DNA of 64,000 bases, taken from the NCBI RefSeq assembly GCF_009914755.1, contig NC_060929.1; one strand, given 5' to 3'. Numbering within the stretch: the stretch's first letter is position 1; every line of letters begins with the position of its first letter. Position numbers and translations under genes: made by a program. Source of the stretch: the human T2T-CHM13v2.0 reference genome, Homo sapiens. Positions 14,821 through 29,266 of the stretch are shown here, one piece after another. The notes under the pieces were generated by a model. It was given only the letters and a program-made list of their open reading frames with translations, was not told the origin of the DNA and ran no database searches.

Positions 14821-14948
14821 GTTTTCAGCAGTATAGATCGAATCACTCAGAATTCAGCAGAAGAGAAGGAAGACTCTGTGGACAAAACCAAAAGCACCAC
14901 CTTGCCATCCACAGAAACACTGAGCTGGAGTTCAGAATATTCTGAAAT
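14821..14948 (+). CDS. MAST4: MAST4 coding exon (VFSSIDRITQNS...SSEYSE)
   Basis: ttccag/gtatgt sites; frame maintained. Confidence 0.93.
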
Positions 14949-14991
14949 GTATGTGAAATGCCTCTTAAGTAATATAAGCAGTAGCTACTAG

Positions 14992-15177
14992 AGCAGAGTT
15001 TCTTAAACTTTAGTGAGCATCAGAATACCTGGGGGGCTTGTTAAAACACAGATCTCCCACTTCCAGAGTTTCTCATCCAGTAGATCTAGGGTAGGGCCTG
15101 AAAATGTGCATTTCTGACAAGTATCTAGATTATGCAGATGTTGCTGCTGTGGGTACCACACATTAAGAACCATTGCA
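14992..15177. mobile_element. MER5A DNA transposon
   Basis: cagagtttcttaaacttt...agaaccattg termini and MER5A core. Confidence 0.8.
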
Positions 15178-15295
15178 CTAGACATCTCTTGGTTAGGCTT
15201 ATCCAAGTCCGATTTTCACCTGGTTTCTTCCAAAATTCACCTTTAACACAGTTTTCTAGTATGTATATATGACTTTGTTTTTGCTTTTAATTAAG

Positions 15296-15531
15296 GCAAC
15301 AGCTATCAACATCCAACTCTTCAGATACTGAAAGCAACAGACATAAACTCAGTTCTGGCCTACTTCCCAAACTGGCTATTTCAACAGAGGGAGAGCAAGA
15401 TGAAGCTGCCTCCTGCCCTGGAGACCCCCATGAGGAGCCAGGAAAGCCAGCCCTTCCTCCTGAAGAGTGTGCCCAGGAGGAGCCTGAGGTCACCACCCCA
15501 GCCAGCACCATCAGCAGCTCCACCCTGTCAG
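15296..15531 (+). CDS. MAST4: MAST4 coding exon (QQLSTSNSSDTES...TISSSTLS)
   Basis: ttaag acceptor, gtaagc donor; open frame joining flanking exons. Confidence 0.9.
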
Positions 15532-18500
15532 GTAAGCCCCGGGCCATAGTGCCTGCTGTCCTCCTCACCACACTAAGTGTCTCCTAGTGCTCAGTCCCAG
15601 GGCGGGCCTCGCCAGGCAGTAAAGATGGGTGTTTTATGCTGCTAGACTTTCTCCATGGCCTCAGTCCTTAGGCTTGGGACACGATCTTCTGAGAGCTAAG
15701 ATCAGATGTCTCAGACCCCTCCTCAGTGCTCGGCCATGCAGCAAACTGTTATTGCTTCCGTTTGACCTTGGGGCCAAACTTCACTTTCTCAGCCAGGTTG
15801 CAGGGGATCTTTTGAGGGAAGTCAGAACGTGCTAAGGGAGCGTGTTCTCAGTTGTTGATGCAAAGGTATGTCTTATACAGTTGCATCTAACTCAAAAGTT
15901 CAGTGTAAGAGCCAGTATCAAGTAGTCAGCTTGTCAGAATTACCCTTGAAGATGTCTTGAATCACCCTAAGGCACAGTATAAAGCCAGGTTTCTCTCTAG
16001 CATTGAAATGGATGGTTGTTTCTTTGATGGAGTTGGCTTTTGTTAAAGGGTTATGTTGTACCAAATAATTTCTCTCTCCACACTAGACTCAGTGCAGACT
16101 GAGTGCAACAAGACGCTTAATGCTGTTCTGGTCCATCTGGGACTAAGGAGGGGAAAGGGGAGTCAGAAATACCAGCATGATTTAAATTGATAGTTTACGT
16201 GCATATGAAATAACTCCACTGAAGACAAAAGTTACCTTCCCCATCTCTGGGTAATTGGAGTAAGAAACTCTGGGTAATTGGAGTAGGAAACTCCTGAGAC
16301 ATCTTTGCATTTTTGGGAGGCAGCCAAGGGGGCTTGGGCCTTTGAAAGCACTTTTTAAAAGTTACCTTTGTGTGATGTAACCTTCCTGACAAGAGGAACA
16401 GTGTCTTCACAGATTTTTAAGGAGCTTAATATATCATGGATACTTGCTGGTCATTAGTAATGGAGGTATCCTCACTAGATATTCAAACTTGCAATTAATT
16501 GCACCAAAACAAGCCTCTTAAGTTCATTTAAAATATCATTTGATTTATAAAAATTTTATGCACAGCATATTCTTCTATAGAGTATGTGCATTTATGCTTT
16601 TTCAAAAAATGAGAGATGTATATGGCTTAGAATTGCTGTAATGAATGTTTTCATTAAGCTACGTTCAATATGCTGTATTGATAACCATGAATGATTCCAA
16701 GATTTTTCATCAACATTTTTTAAACTAACTGAATATTCATAGTGTAAGCTTTTTTTTAATCATTTCAGGAAAAATTTTATGGGCTGGATTTATTTCAACC
16801 TCACTAAGAAGTTTGGATCTGTGAAGCTTCACATGTGCTTATAGTTTATTGTGGGGGAAAATAATGTTGGATTTTCTTCTCTGTCTTCACTTCAGTTCTG
16901 TTTTCATGTTGCGTAATTCCACTTATCCTAATCATAAAGCCAAGAGAACAGCAATGAGGAAGTAGTGTAAAGGCAACCTATTAGACTAAGATGCCTGACC
17001 ATCTCTAGTTCATGCTGATGCTCAGATCATATGTAGATATCTTGGTATTTTCTATTCCTGGTTACAAAGGCCTTTATCTGGTTCTTAGTTACCTTACTCT
17101 GAATAGAGTATATTCACCTCCATTTAAAATTTTTTTCTTAATATAGTGAACTGTTTACTATCTCTTAGTCTCCTCAGCCTGCTCACTACCGGAAAGGTAG
17201 GAGGGGAAGGGAGGGGAATCGTGTCTAAGCATTTGATTGATTACTTTCATAATTAAAAAAAAAATTCACCTAGGTCCTGCCATGCATTTTGATTAATAGA
17301 TTCACACCATCTTTCTCTCTCTCTCTCTCTCCCCCATACGCACACTAAAAATAATCAAAGGCCTTGGGGGCTGTGCAGAATAGAGAGATGAGCTGATTTG
17401 CTTATAGCCAAGGGTAATTAGGAAGTCTGAAAACCGTGACTGTAGTAAAATTAAATTTGTTGATTTTTATATTGCTCCACCACCAAAAAGAAGGAACCCT
17501 TGACATTTAGAGAACATTAAAGTGACATTATCTACCATTGGCAGAAAAGAAGCTCACGCTTATATGCAGTGCTGCAAAATAAGATGGCAGAGGCAAGAGG
17601 GAGAGGTGACACAAGGTTGTATATCCACACTCTGGCATTTAGGGAAGTACAACTTTATACATGTTTCTCTTTTATCATGACTACATTGTGTTTGAAGCCA
17701 TGAAAAATAAACGTCTTGAAGTCTTAGATGTAGGGGTCAAACGTATCCAACAATTACTCATTGTAAAGAGATTCAGCTTTTCATTTTATACTTGTCAGTG
17801 ATCCCATCCAAACCAAATTACAAAGAAGGAAGTGTGTACCTTACTCAATGGGAAGCTTAAGTTTTGTGAGATGAGATTTATTACTTGTGAAGCAGTTTTT
17901 ATCAAGACCTTCAGTAGCTGATTTCTGTAAGAGAATGGAATATTCTGTTAAATGAGAATGAGTTTAGCATATAGGAGTAAAAACATTGATATTTGCCTTA
18001 AGGTTATCTCCCTTTGTTGGTCAGATGGGTGTTATGTGGAAGTCCATGAATCTTTTCCTGTACATATGCACAGTAGATGACCACAAAGTGTGCTATGACT
18101 AAAGCTGCTGTCCAAGTTCCCAGCTACCCTTAGCCTAGACCACAGCTGTAAGATCTGAACTTTGTCCATGAGCGTGGGCCAAACTACAACCATACCACTG
18201 AGTGGTATATAGACAGCAGTGTAAGAGAAATGCTAGTTGAGTCTAAGTCTAACTCTTTCCCAGGCAAACAGTGTCATATGGTCAGCACTTCGAAATGTGC
18301 TGGCCGCTCTTTCAAAGGATCATTTATAGTGGTGTTAATACTCTGCATGGATTGTATCTCTAAAGGTGATGAGACAGTTGATGATTTTTAAGCACATGGG
18401 GCTTATAATGTAGCATGTAGAAGTAAAATGAGATGAGCATTTTCTCTCCTGGATGGACAAAAATGTGCTATCAATGATGTTTTTAAAGAAAAACACGATA

Positions 18501-19540
18501 GAAAACCGATAACCTGGGAAAGAAAAAGTAGGACAAATCAAAAGGAATAGCTGTTCAGCTTCCTTCTGGGGGACTCAAAATGTCACCCTGCTGCAGAGCT
18601 TTCTTTACTCTCGGCCTCTGCATTCACCAGACCAGGGTCAGTGATGTTCCATTTCTGCACCCCCCTCCATATTTATCCTCTCTTACGCTCCGTTGTTGAG
18701 GGAAGCCCTAATTTTTTTTAAGTTAAAAATAACTCCAGTTTATATTAAAGATTAACAAAATTAAAAGTAAAGAAGGTGTGGTTTAGAGGGGAGAGGAAAT
18801 AGCATGAGGGAGGATCAGCATATGATACACTGGATTAAAAGCCAGCAGGATGAAGTGAACTTGAGTAATGGAGGGAGTAATATCCTTTGTCTTGCTTGTC
18901 CTTTGAAATGTACAGGGAGCTTAGAATGAAAGGAGGCATATGGCCTGAGAAGTGAGAAGAGACACTTTAGGCACTTTTCTATCAGTTACTTGCCTCAGCC
19001 TAGTATGAGGTGTGTTCTAACAGCACAGACGTAAGTCTACAGGGAGTGATGAAAAAATGTCCACAGGTCAAAATTATAATTAACAGCATTGATAATGATA
19101 ATCATCAGTATCATAAGGTAATCACAGTATGAAGTGGGCGGCCATGGTGTTTGGGAGGTAATATTTGATTCATGGCACAGCCTTTCATGGTATGGGGGGG
19201 GTAGGGGCACCAGAATTATCTCTGCAAGGTTTCAAAAATATAGATTGTTGAAAGAAACTAATTCCTCTGGTTACATGGAGTCATGGATTGAGAATTAGCA
19301 GACTTGTGTACAGGTAGAATGAAGCCTGAATAGATGCCTCTTCCATCTCTTCCTCCTCCACGTCACCTTTCTCAAAGCAATCACATGTTGTTAATGTTCG
19401 CCTGACACCGTCTGGACTTACTGGCCACATAGGAGTATGTTCTCTGGCGTTTACTCTTCCTGCTGTCTCTCTCTTCCCGTCTTCCCACCTCTCCTATCCT
19501 GGATTTTCCTGAATGTGTTTATCCCTTCTTCTTTGTACAG

Positions 19541-19741
19541 TTGGCAGTTTTTCAGAGCACTTGGATCAGATAAATGGACGAAGCGAGTGTGTGGACAGTA
19601 CAGATAATTCCTCAAAGCCATCCAGTGAACCCGCTTCTCACATGGCTCGGCAGCGATTAGAAAGCACAGAAAAAAAGAAAATCTCGGGGAAAGTCACAAA
19701 GTCCCTCTCTGCCAGTGCTCTTTCCCTCATGATCCCAGGAG
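19541..19741 (+). CDS. MAST4: MAST4 coding exon (VGSFSEHLDQ...KSLSASALSLMIPG); 201 nt, phase 1-1
   Basis: long pyrimidine tract plus tacag; gtagag donor; KSxSASALSL motif typical of MAST proteins. Confidence 0.9.
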
Positions 19742-21329
19742 GTAGAGAGATACTACTTGCATGAAATTGTGTGATTTGTGCATGTGGTCCCATCCCTCCT
19801 CTCCCAATTTGGAATGCTGAATGAGATGCAAGATTGCTTGAAGTAATAACGGGTCATGTCCCAGGACAGCTCTTGAGAGCTTCTGCCTGCAGACTCTGAA
19901 TTCTTCCTGCAGGATTTGTAGGGCCGCCAAGGAGCATTTTGGCCTATTTCATCTCACTTTCTGCATCAGGGGTACAAGAGAGGCTTCCTTCCCATGAAAG
20001 CTTGTTTCTGTTTTGTTTCCTTTCGTTTTCTTTTCTCCCTCCAAGTTAAATGATAAATTTTCCTTCCTTGAATAATTTTTTTTCTCTAGAGTATGTATAA
20101 TTTATACACTTTATAGAGCTGTTTACAACATTTGTGTTGGAAAGCTAAGTATATAGTTTTTCTCATCTAATTAATGAGGAAAATAGTTAAGCTTTTCATT
20201 TCTGGAGATAGAGTCACAGACAGCATTGAAATTCTAGGTTTTCCCAACCCTGTCAGTTGAGCTATGCTTCCTCCTACTGGTAGCAAATCATCTTCTGCCC
20301 TGTTTTGGAAAACTGGGCTTAATTAAGGTTTTGTTGAATTGTAGTATTTTCCCACAAACTGGTTTTGCCACTACTGATCACTAACTCTGTAGTAATCCCA
20401 CTGGCAGAAATGAAATATACACCCTGATGGTTGTGATATCACTCAAATGACAGCAAGAGAGTAGAATGGGACTCGAATTATATTGCAGATGGCTTGTTTT
20501 TGGAAGAAAACAGATCATGTATAAAAGGCATTGTTTATGTTTTTGAAGCTTCATATTTGTGCAGAAAGCAATTTGACATAAACAAATGCTCATTTGGGAG
20601 TAGTGCTCAATCTAGCAGATTCAGTTTCTGGGAGGTGTCCTGTTTAGCACCATAAAACAAACACCTGTATCCCTAGTCTGTGTGACTCTTCATAAGCTGA
20701 AGATGATGGTCCTGGTGCAGCTGCACAGATGGGAAGGTAAGTTGGATATGGGCCAGTGCAGTTTTGAAAGCTGGTTAGGAAGCCCGTACTTTGGTAGAAC
20801 AAGGAAATTATTTGATTTGGGGAGATAAGGGAGACCATCAGAAGGTAAAGAAGTGGGGGCCTGGCCTTTCAGCAGTTTGGGATCTATGTGTGTCCACAGT
20901 GACCTCCTCCCACCTGCATGTCTTGAAGTTCCCTGCCTGCCAGCATGCATCTCTTCCCCTGTCCTTTGATTAGACAGAAGAGAGCCAGCAGAAGACAGCC
21001 AAGATGCTACATGAAGTCAGAGAGGGAAGGAGCATGGGTCATGATACAGTTGGCTTTGCTCTTCTTTGAACAAGCATAAGAATTGAAATAGTGGGTAGTA
21101 TGGATACTTTCAGCTTACGGTAGCCACAATGGAACTCACCACACCCTGGTGAGCCTTCAGTAGCACTGGGAACTTTGTAGCCTGGCTCCAACCGAGCTCA
21201 TGTTTAAACCGCAGCATGTTTTGTAGATTATTCTGCCTTTTCTCAAGTGCACACACACACAGACAGTTTCACATGACCAGTTAAGATCTGTTTAGATTCA
21301 CGTAGATGAAACAAGGATATGAACTAAAA

Positions 21330-21681
21330 AGCATTCATTTCTGCTGCTATAACAAAATACTTTAGACTGGGTAAGGTATAAATAACAGAATTTGTTGATC
21401 ACAGTTCTAGAGCCTGGGAAGTCCAAGATCAAGGTGGCGACAGTTTCAGCATCTGACAAGGGCTTGTTCCTCATGGACAGCACCTTCTCTATTTCCTCAC
21501 ATGGCAGAAGGGAAGAACAAGCTCTCTGCAGCCTCTTGTATAAGGGCACTAATTCATTTATGAGGGGCAGAGCCCTCATGACCTAATCACCTCCCAGAGG
21601 CCCCACCTCTTAAAACCATTACCTTGGGGGTTAGTTTTCAACATAGGAATTTTAGGGGGACACAGACATTCAGAGCATAGC
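21330..21681 (-). mobile_element. MaLR solo LTR (MLT1A/MSTD-like)
   Basis: gctgctataacaaaatac...aagtccaagatcaaggtg...cattcagagcatagca. Confidence 0.85.
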
Positions 21682-21891
21682 AGTTTGCTTCTAAAACAAA
21701 GAAAGCAGTAGATTTGGTGTTTTGGAATATGCAATGAGATTCTCTTCAGGTTTCTCTATCTCACCTGCATTAGCCTCTCAGAAACCTTATTAGAATTGCA
21801 AGTAATATATGTAGAGAATCAGTTGTCACCACAGTAATGTTATTCATTTATAGAGAAGTCACCACTTCATTGTTTTCCTGATTAAAAATTC

Positions 21892-22219
<328 letters not shown>

Positions 22220-22787
22220 AGTTAAAATTCTTTAAGCAGTATTCATTTAATAGCATTGTAGAAATCAGCTGGTAAATTGATAAATTGCTTTCCTGGCCAT
22301 GTGTGTTGAAAAGGACCATGTTAAAATTGTTTAGTGAAGAATTTGGAATCCAGTATCTGTTAATATAATACATACAGTCTTCTCCACATGAAGACATACT
22401 TGAAATATATGCATCTATGATTTATTTCTTTACTTAAAATAAAACATTAAGTAAAAATGTCACAGCCAGAGGCTAATCCTTGTGGTGTCTTTTAATAAGC
22501 ATAGAAACTAAAAAATTATAACATGAGAGTATTGAAATTTCTTTCTCTTTCCTAACTGAAAAATTAGTTAAAATAGCAACACTCTTGAAGTTTGACAGTT
22601 TTGGAATTCATGCTAGTTACTGATAGAAACATTTTTGTATTATTTCATCTTCATTTTGCTATTGGAAACAAATGGATTTGTGTTGTGACTATGCCCCCAG
22701 TCCTGGCAAGGCTCATGGGGTGAGGGTTGCCTGCATGGATGCTTGTGTGAGCCACATGGGCTTTGATGACTGGCTTCTTTGTTACAG

Positions 22788-23017
22788 ATATGTTTGCTGT
22801 TTCCCCTCTGGGAAGTCCAATGTCTCCCCATTCCCTGTCCTCGGACCCTTCTTCTTCACGAGATTCCTCTCCCAGCCGAGATTCCTCAGCAGCTTCTGCC
22901 AGTCCACATCAGCCGATTGTGATCCACAGTTCGGGGAAGAACTACGGCTTTACCATCCGAGCCATCCGGGTGTATGTGGGAGACAGTGACATCTATACAG
23001 TGCACCATATCGTCTGG
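22788..23017 (+). CDS. MAST4: MAST4 coding exon ([11 protein letters not shown]...start of PDZ domain [14 protein letters not shown]...HHIVW)
   Basis: tacag/gtaaga sites; MAST PDZ YGF loop. Confidence 0.95.
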
Positions 23018-23608
23018 GTAAGACCTGCATGTCTCGCACTTGGGATTTTTCATTTCCAGCCAAGCTGGAGAGTGGATAGGTTGGCTGATAAATAGCAAAT
23101 ATATTTACTTTTAAGCTTGCATTTGCGACCTGTTTCATTTTCCTTTTAGAGCTCCATCCCTGTATGTGTATGGTGGAATTGAATTTAGCAAAAACGAATA
23201 TCTCATAATTCTGTCCAGTTTTCATATTCGATTGTTCTTTCTTACATACCAAGCTGGTAGACATAGTCAAAGGCAATCCTATTTCCATCCTTCTTTTATT
23301 TTATCATTTTTTCCTAGCCTTCTTTTTAAAAATGACCTTCTCAAATCACCTGAAATGTTTTGGTCATTCATTTTTTTTTCTTTGTGGCTCTGGTACTTTC
23401 AGTCTGAATCACCTGAAAATTTCTAAGTACCATAGAAAGTTTCCTATTTTAGAATAATGATAGAATAGGAATAGTAAACGTACCTGTTAGATTTTCTATT
23501 AGAGGCTTAGGACATTTGCTAATTAACTCATTATTCTCCCAGAAGACACAGTAGGTGTTAGAGTAGTCATTTGTTTGCCTACAAATATCCTCTCCTCTTG
23601 GACTTTAG

Positions 23609-23731
23609 AATGTAGAAGAAGGAAGTCCGGCATGCCAGGCAGGACTGAAGGCTGGAGATCTTATCACTCACATCAATGGAGAACCAGTGCATGGACTTGT
23701 CCACACAGAAGTTATAGAACTCCTACTGAAG
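23609..23731 (+). CDS. MAST4: MAST4 coding exon (PDZ core [24 protein letters not shown]...LLLK)
   Basis: tttag/gtattg sites; PDZ consensus. Confidence 0.95.
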
Positions 23732-25930
23732 GTATTGTATGTTTTATGTCAGGGCCATGCTGATGAGACAGGCAGCCCAAAGGGGCTAGTACCAGGAGAT
23801 TGATTTCCCTGTGTCACACCCATGTCTGATTACTGAGAAAGTATTCATTAGTCTCAAGTTTAAAGACAAAGATATTATGAATTCTCTGGTTTTATGTCAT
23901 GAAATAATGTCCTTATATCTGCATACTCATTCCCTAATTTAATTTTGCTTCTCATTCTAAATTGTAAGTAGTAAGAATTCTCTTTGTTTATATACCTTAC
24001 ACAGTGACATCTATTTGGAGAGTCACCTATCCTGAAGGTGACTTCCTTCAGGAACTTCTAACAGGTTTCATTCTAGTATACTAGAAGACAAAATTGTATT
24101 AAACTGTGAGGTTTGATCTGAAGGTTTAGTCTGAGAATTAGAGTTCCTTTGAAAGATAAAATTGTAAATATATACACATGTACTATAAATTATAAAAAAT
24201 AAGTGGTACTGAAAGAAGAAGTTCTAGCAATTATTAGGCCTCCCTCCCCACCATACAAATTAACTTAAACAGGGATCAATTTCTACTTAAAATGTAAGCA
24301 GAATATAGCCTATGGAGTAAGAAGGTCACAGGAAGCATGACTGTAAATGGAGAGAGAGAAAGGACACACACTGATCCTCTCAGATAGCTCTCAGATAGTT
24401 CTGTTCAGTTATTTGATTTGTCTTTTTCATTCTTTATAGCAGCGTTGTATTTTATGCAGAACAGCTCCTGCGACAGCATATCTCTAGATAGTATCATATG
24501 TCTGTTCACAACATTAGAATAAGAAATAATACACTGAAATGTATATATTGAGAAGTATACATTTGCTTATTTTGCTGAGACATAATTGATCACTTTCGTG
24601 ATTTATTTTGTAAAGTATTTTAATAGAATTCTGTATTTTAAAACTTCTCTTCCTGCTTCTATGAAATTTGAATGTGTATTTCCCCTAGAGGACTCTGGCA
24701 AGGTCTCTTAGCAGACTCAGATGATCCCATTTCTATTGTCTTGCCCTCATCTGGCTACGGAGCACCTTGCACAACCCAAAGCCTTCATTTCTGGATGCAG
24801 TCGATGTGTGTCACTGAAACTGCTTAAACAGTGGAGTGGAGAGCCATTGGCACCCTTTGAAGCCACGGTGTACTCTGTCACAAATCCAAAGAACATCCTG
24901 CCTGTGTTCATAAAGGAAGCACTCAAGAGGAGTAAGCAATGTCATGAAACCAAGAGGATACAAGGGATTTAATTATCTTCCCAGTGAACTGTGTAATCAT
25001 GCAGCTTCCTTCCAAATTTAACCAGTGACTCTTGAAATCAGAGTATTAAGTGACTAGTGTCAGTGCTGGGCTCCTGTGTGCCTTCATTGGTTTAACAGCA
25101 GGGAAGTTGGCTGTATTATGGTACTCTCGAATGCTGTTTACACAGTGTTTTATACTTGCAAAGGACTTTACGGAATGTCATGGCAGTCTTAGAGAAAGGT
25201 GGAGAAGTCCTGACAGGGGTGTAGGTGTATGTTTAGAACTGCATGACTACCTGTATAGTGTTTGTCTTTTGGATTATGAATATAGTAAGCATTTTCCATG
25301 TTTCATAGATTCACATATTTGGTCTTGTTTACCTTCACAACTTCAAAGTGAACCTGCTATGGGAGCACTATCTTCCATGCATAGGCAAACTTGTCCAAAG
25401 TCACTCAGCATCCTCGATCCATGGAATTATAAAATGTGATGGTTATCCAGTTCAGCTCCCCACTGGCTATATGAATCCCTGACAGTGTCCTCCTTCAGCT
25501 TCACCTCAAAGCTTTCCTGCCATGAGGAAAGCTTTTAGACAGCATCAGTCTTTCTAAAAACAACTTTTTAAGTAGACCGAGGTCATTCTTCACCCACTAG
25601 CATTACAGGTGGAGACGATACTTGGCCCAGTCCCATTACCTGTTCCAATTAGCCAGGCTTAACTTCTGTGATCTAAGAAACTTTCTTTTCAACCAAGTTG
25701 CTTTTTAAGTATAGCATTAGTTTAAATCCCCAATGCATAGGAGAAGCCGTAAAACTTTACCAGCCTCTGCTTCAGAAATTTCCTTTCCATGGACACTGGG
25801 GAGCTTCAGTGTACTAAAATGGGGGCCATCAAATAGCTTGATTACCATCCTCCCATATCTGTCAAGCCGCTGATGTGCACAGAGCTGATGTGCAAAATAC
25901 TGCAAGGGCCAAACAAAAATGACACATAAG

Positions 25931-26229
25931 GGCCAGGCACAGTGGCTCATACCCGTAATCCCAGCACTTTGGGAGGCCGAGGTGGGGCGATCACGAGGTC
26001 AGGAGTTCAAGACCAGCCTGGCCAAGATGGCGAAACCCCATCTCTACTAAAAGTACAAAAATTAGCTGGGCGTGGTGGTGGGCGCCTGTAATCCCAGCTA
26101 CTCAGGAGGCTGAGACAGAGAATTTCTTGAACCCGGGAGGCGGAGGTTGCAGTGGGCCAAGATAGCGCCACTGCACTCCAGCCTGGGCGACAGAGTGAGA
26201 TTCCGTCTCAAGAAAAAAAAAAAAAAAAA
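25931..26229 (+). mobile_element. AluS (Sg-like)
   Basis: full dimer; TSD gacacataag / gacacgtaag. Confidence 0.94.
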
Positions 26230-26244
26230 GACACGTAAGGATAA

Positions 26245-26500
26245 TAGTTAATGGGGCAAGCGCTCTTGATGCCTGCCACACTCTTGTCAATGGTTTTACG
26301 GGAATAAACGCATGTAATCCAAACAGTTACCTTCTGAGGTGGGTGCTATAAATATAAATGTTCCCATTTCACAGATGAAAAAAACAAAAGCAGAAGAAGA
26401 TAACAAAGCAATCTAAGCTTATCTGCTGGAAAGGAGTATAAGATGATTTGCACCCAGGCGATGTAGCTCCGGAGCCTGCACTTTTTCCACTACCACAACA
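26245..26500 (-). mobile_element. MIR SINE
   Basis: cccatttcacagatgaaaaaa...gatttgcacccaggc. Confidence 0.6.
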
Positions 26501-27313
26501 CACTGCTCTACATGTGTGCTGTACATACTCTCCAGCTGCCAGTAACTTAAAGTCTGCTGTTCACAGGGGGAAACAGTGGCCATACCAGGCTAAAATCAAA
26601 GTGTTCAACTTAAGTAACAGACTATAAACACGGCAGAAGTTCCAAAAGAGGGATGACTTTTCTCCAGGGTGGACAGGAATGGCGTCAAAGAATTGAGGGT
26701 TATCTGTGCAAGGCTTTGATGGATGAGTGGCAATTCAGTATATAGTCAGGGGTGCGGGATAGTCTAGGCCAAATGATGAGGTGTGTAAACATGAGGACAG
26801 GAGATCTCAAGGTTTATGAGGTATACAAGTGAACCAGCAGGCTGAAGCCTGGGTTAATGTGAGGATACAGTGTGCAAGATGGCCAAGATTGGGTAGTGAA
26901 GGGGTTGAGGCCGCAGGGATGCAATGGGCCCATCTCCCATCTGTGCTTTCCAGAGAAGGAAATGCAAAAGCAGTCGTTCGGTGAGTTACCCAGGGCCAAA
27001 CTGATAAGTTAACTTAGAGCCAGACCCAGAGAAGAAATTGGACAGCCTGACTTCTGCTATTGTATTCAATTCCGGCAACTTGAAATAATTTTCTTCACAC
27101 TGTGCACCAGTCATGAAAATAGTTTAAAGTAAAAGTGAATTAATTGAACATTTAACAGTCTGCCAGCTGCATTTTTGTTATTTTTTTAAACAAGTGCTAC
27201 AGAAATTCTTCTATACAAGGTCAGTCATTAATCAAGAGAAGTTAATTGTGGGTAAATCGACCTAGTAAGCCACCTTGAGCAGTTCAGGTAGCACTCGCTG
27301 TAGCTGGATGGAT

Positions 27314-27327
27314 CCACCAGGTGGCAG
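27314..27327 (+). promoter_or_regulatory. CTCF core motif CCACCAGGTGGCAG
   Basis: exact fit to CTCF consensus CCASYAGRKGGCR. Confidence 0.65.
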
Positions 27328-28576
27328 GCTTCACAAATCTCACCTATCATTTTTCCAATCATTTACCATTTTTGTAACCATTAATGCTTCCAACCTAATT
27401 ATTGTACTCTGCATCCTTTGTGTCTGTATTTCCCCTTAGAGAAGTTGTCTTTGGCGTATGCCTGTAAGTTAAATGAATTTTCCTCTGGAACAGCCACTTG
27501 TGGAGACAAGAAACAGAACTGGGCTTGGTCTTTATAGGGGTAGGAGCATTTGTACTGAGTCTAGTGATGTGCTGTCATTTAAGCCCTGGTCTTCACTGTT
27601 TTCTGATGATAAGTATGTTGAGGATTTATATGTGTCTCATACAATTTTATATGTTTATGGCTCCTTCATTTTATCTTGACAGTCTTATACTTTTACCATG
27701 CCACGTGTCAATCAAGTGCCTGTTTCCCTTACCGCCACTCATTAAGTACCAGCTATGCACTGTGCCAGGCTCAGGAGAGATGGAGAGGACTGGGGGGCAT
27801 TCCCTGCCCACAGGGAGCGGGGTTTGGTAGGAGGAGCTTTGGGGGTGAGCAGCAAGAGAGCCAGCATGGGCTTTTCCACTGGACTCTCAGTGACCTCGGA
27901 AACAAGAACCTTGTTGTCTGTTGTCTCAGAATCCGTTTTCTTTACCTGTAAAGGAAGGATAACAAACTCTTCTAGGCCATGAGGGTGAAACAAACAACGC
28001 TTACGACTTGTTTGTGAAAATAAATTTAGAGAATATATATGAAAATGGTTTAAAAATAAATCTATGCTTTTAAAAAGTCAATCCTGAATTGTATTAGAAA
28101 AGAGTGGAACTGGATTCCAGCTCTAGTGGCACACATGGTAGTATAGCCCCAGCGGTCATTATGGTTCTGCACGTCCACTCTCTGCATATGGAAGAGGACT
28201 GAAGGAACATCAGTGACACAGGAACTCGCCATGCTTGTTGCCCCTTTCCTTCACCACAGGAAATACTAAAATTTCAGCATGGCCTCAATTTGTGAAGAGA
28301 AGACCCCACTCCAAAAAACCTTCAGTGGTAGACCTTACATACTTACAAAATGATTTTTCTCATTAAAGAACAACTAGAATGCCATCTCTACTATCAGATA
28401 AAGGTTTATTTTTAATGTTTTGGGGCTTGCATGAAGAATGTTTATTATTTTGCGATAGAAAACAAAATAAACTTTTTTCTCTTGTTGAAGTTAAAGCCCC
28501 CTTTCCCTAAAATATTTCCTGCAAATATGACATTAGGTATGAAAGTATATTGTCTTAAACACACACAGAATTCTAA

Positions 28577-28728
28577 GTCAGCCGTGGTTGTGTGCTCCCG
28601 TAATCCCAGCTACTCAGAGGGTGAGGCAGGAGGATTGCTTGAGCCCAGGAGTTCGAGGCTGTGGTGAGCTGTGATCACACCACTGCACTCCAACCTGGGC
28701 AATAGAGGAAGACCCCATCTCAAAAAAA
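28577..28728 (+). mobile_element. FRAM/FAM Alu monomer
   Basis: right-monomer sequence; TSD agaattctaa / agaactctaa. Confidence 0.8.
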
Positions 28729-28903
28729 TTTTTTTTAATTAAAAAAAATTAAAGAACTCTAAAACTAATAATAAAATACTAAGACCTTCCAATATTAAAC
28801 TGGATGTAAGACTGAATAAATCATTTCTTAAAGAAATACAAATAACCAAACTAAATAAGGGACAACATCAAACTGTGTAAGAATTTAAACACAGAAAATA
28901 ATC

Positions 28904-29266
<363 letters not shown>

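Noticed and set aside
15293-15295. AAG acceptor on a MAST4 exon
   Set aside because: Less common but canonical AG; the nearby downstream CAG would frameshift
22701-22719. Possible micro-exon cag|TCCTGGCAAGGCTCATGGG|gtgagg
   Set aside because: 19 nt is frameshifting, the pyrimidine tract is poor, and only 68 nt separate it from the next acceptor
28727-28750. 24-bp perfect A/T palindrome
   Set aside because: Low-complexity derivative of the Alu monomer tail
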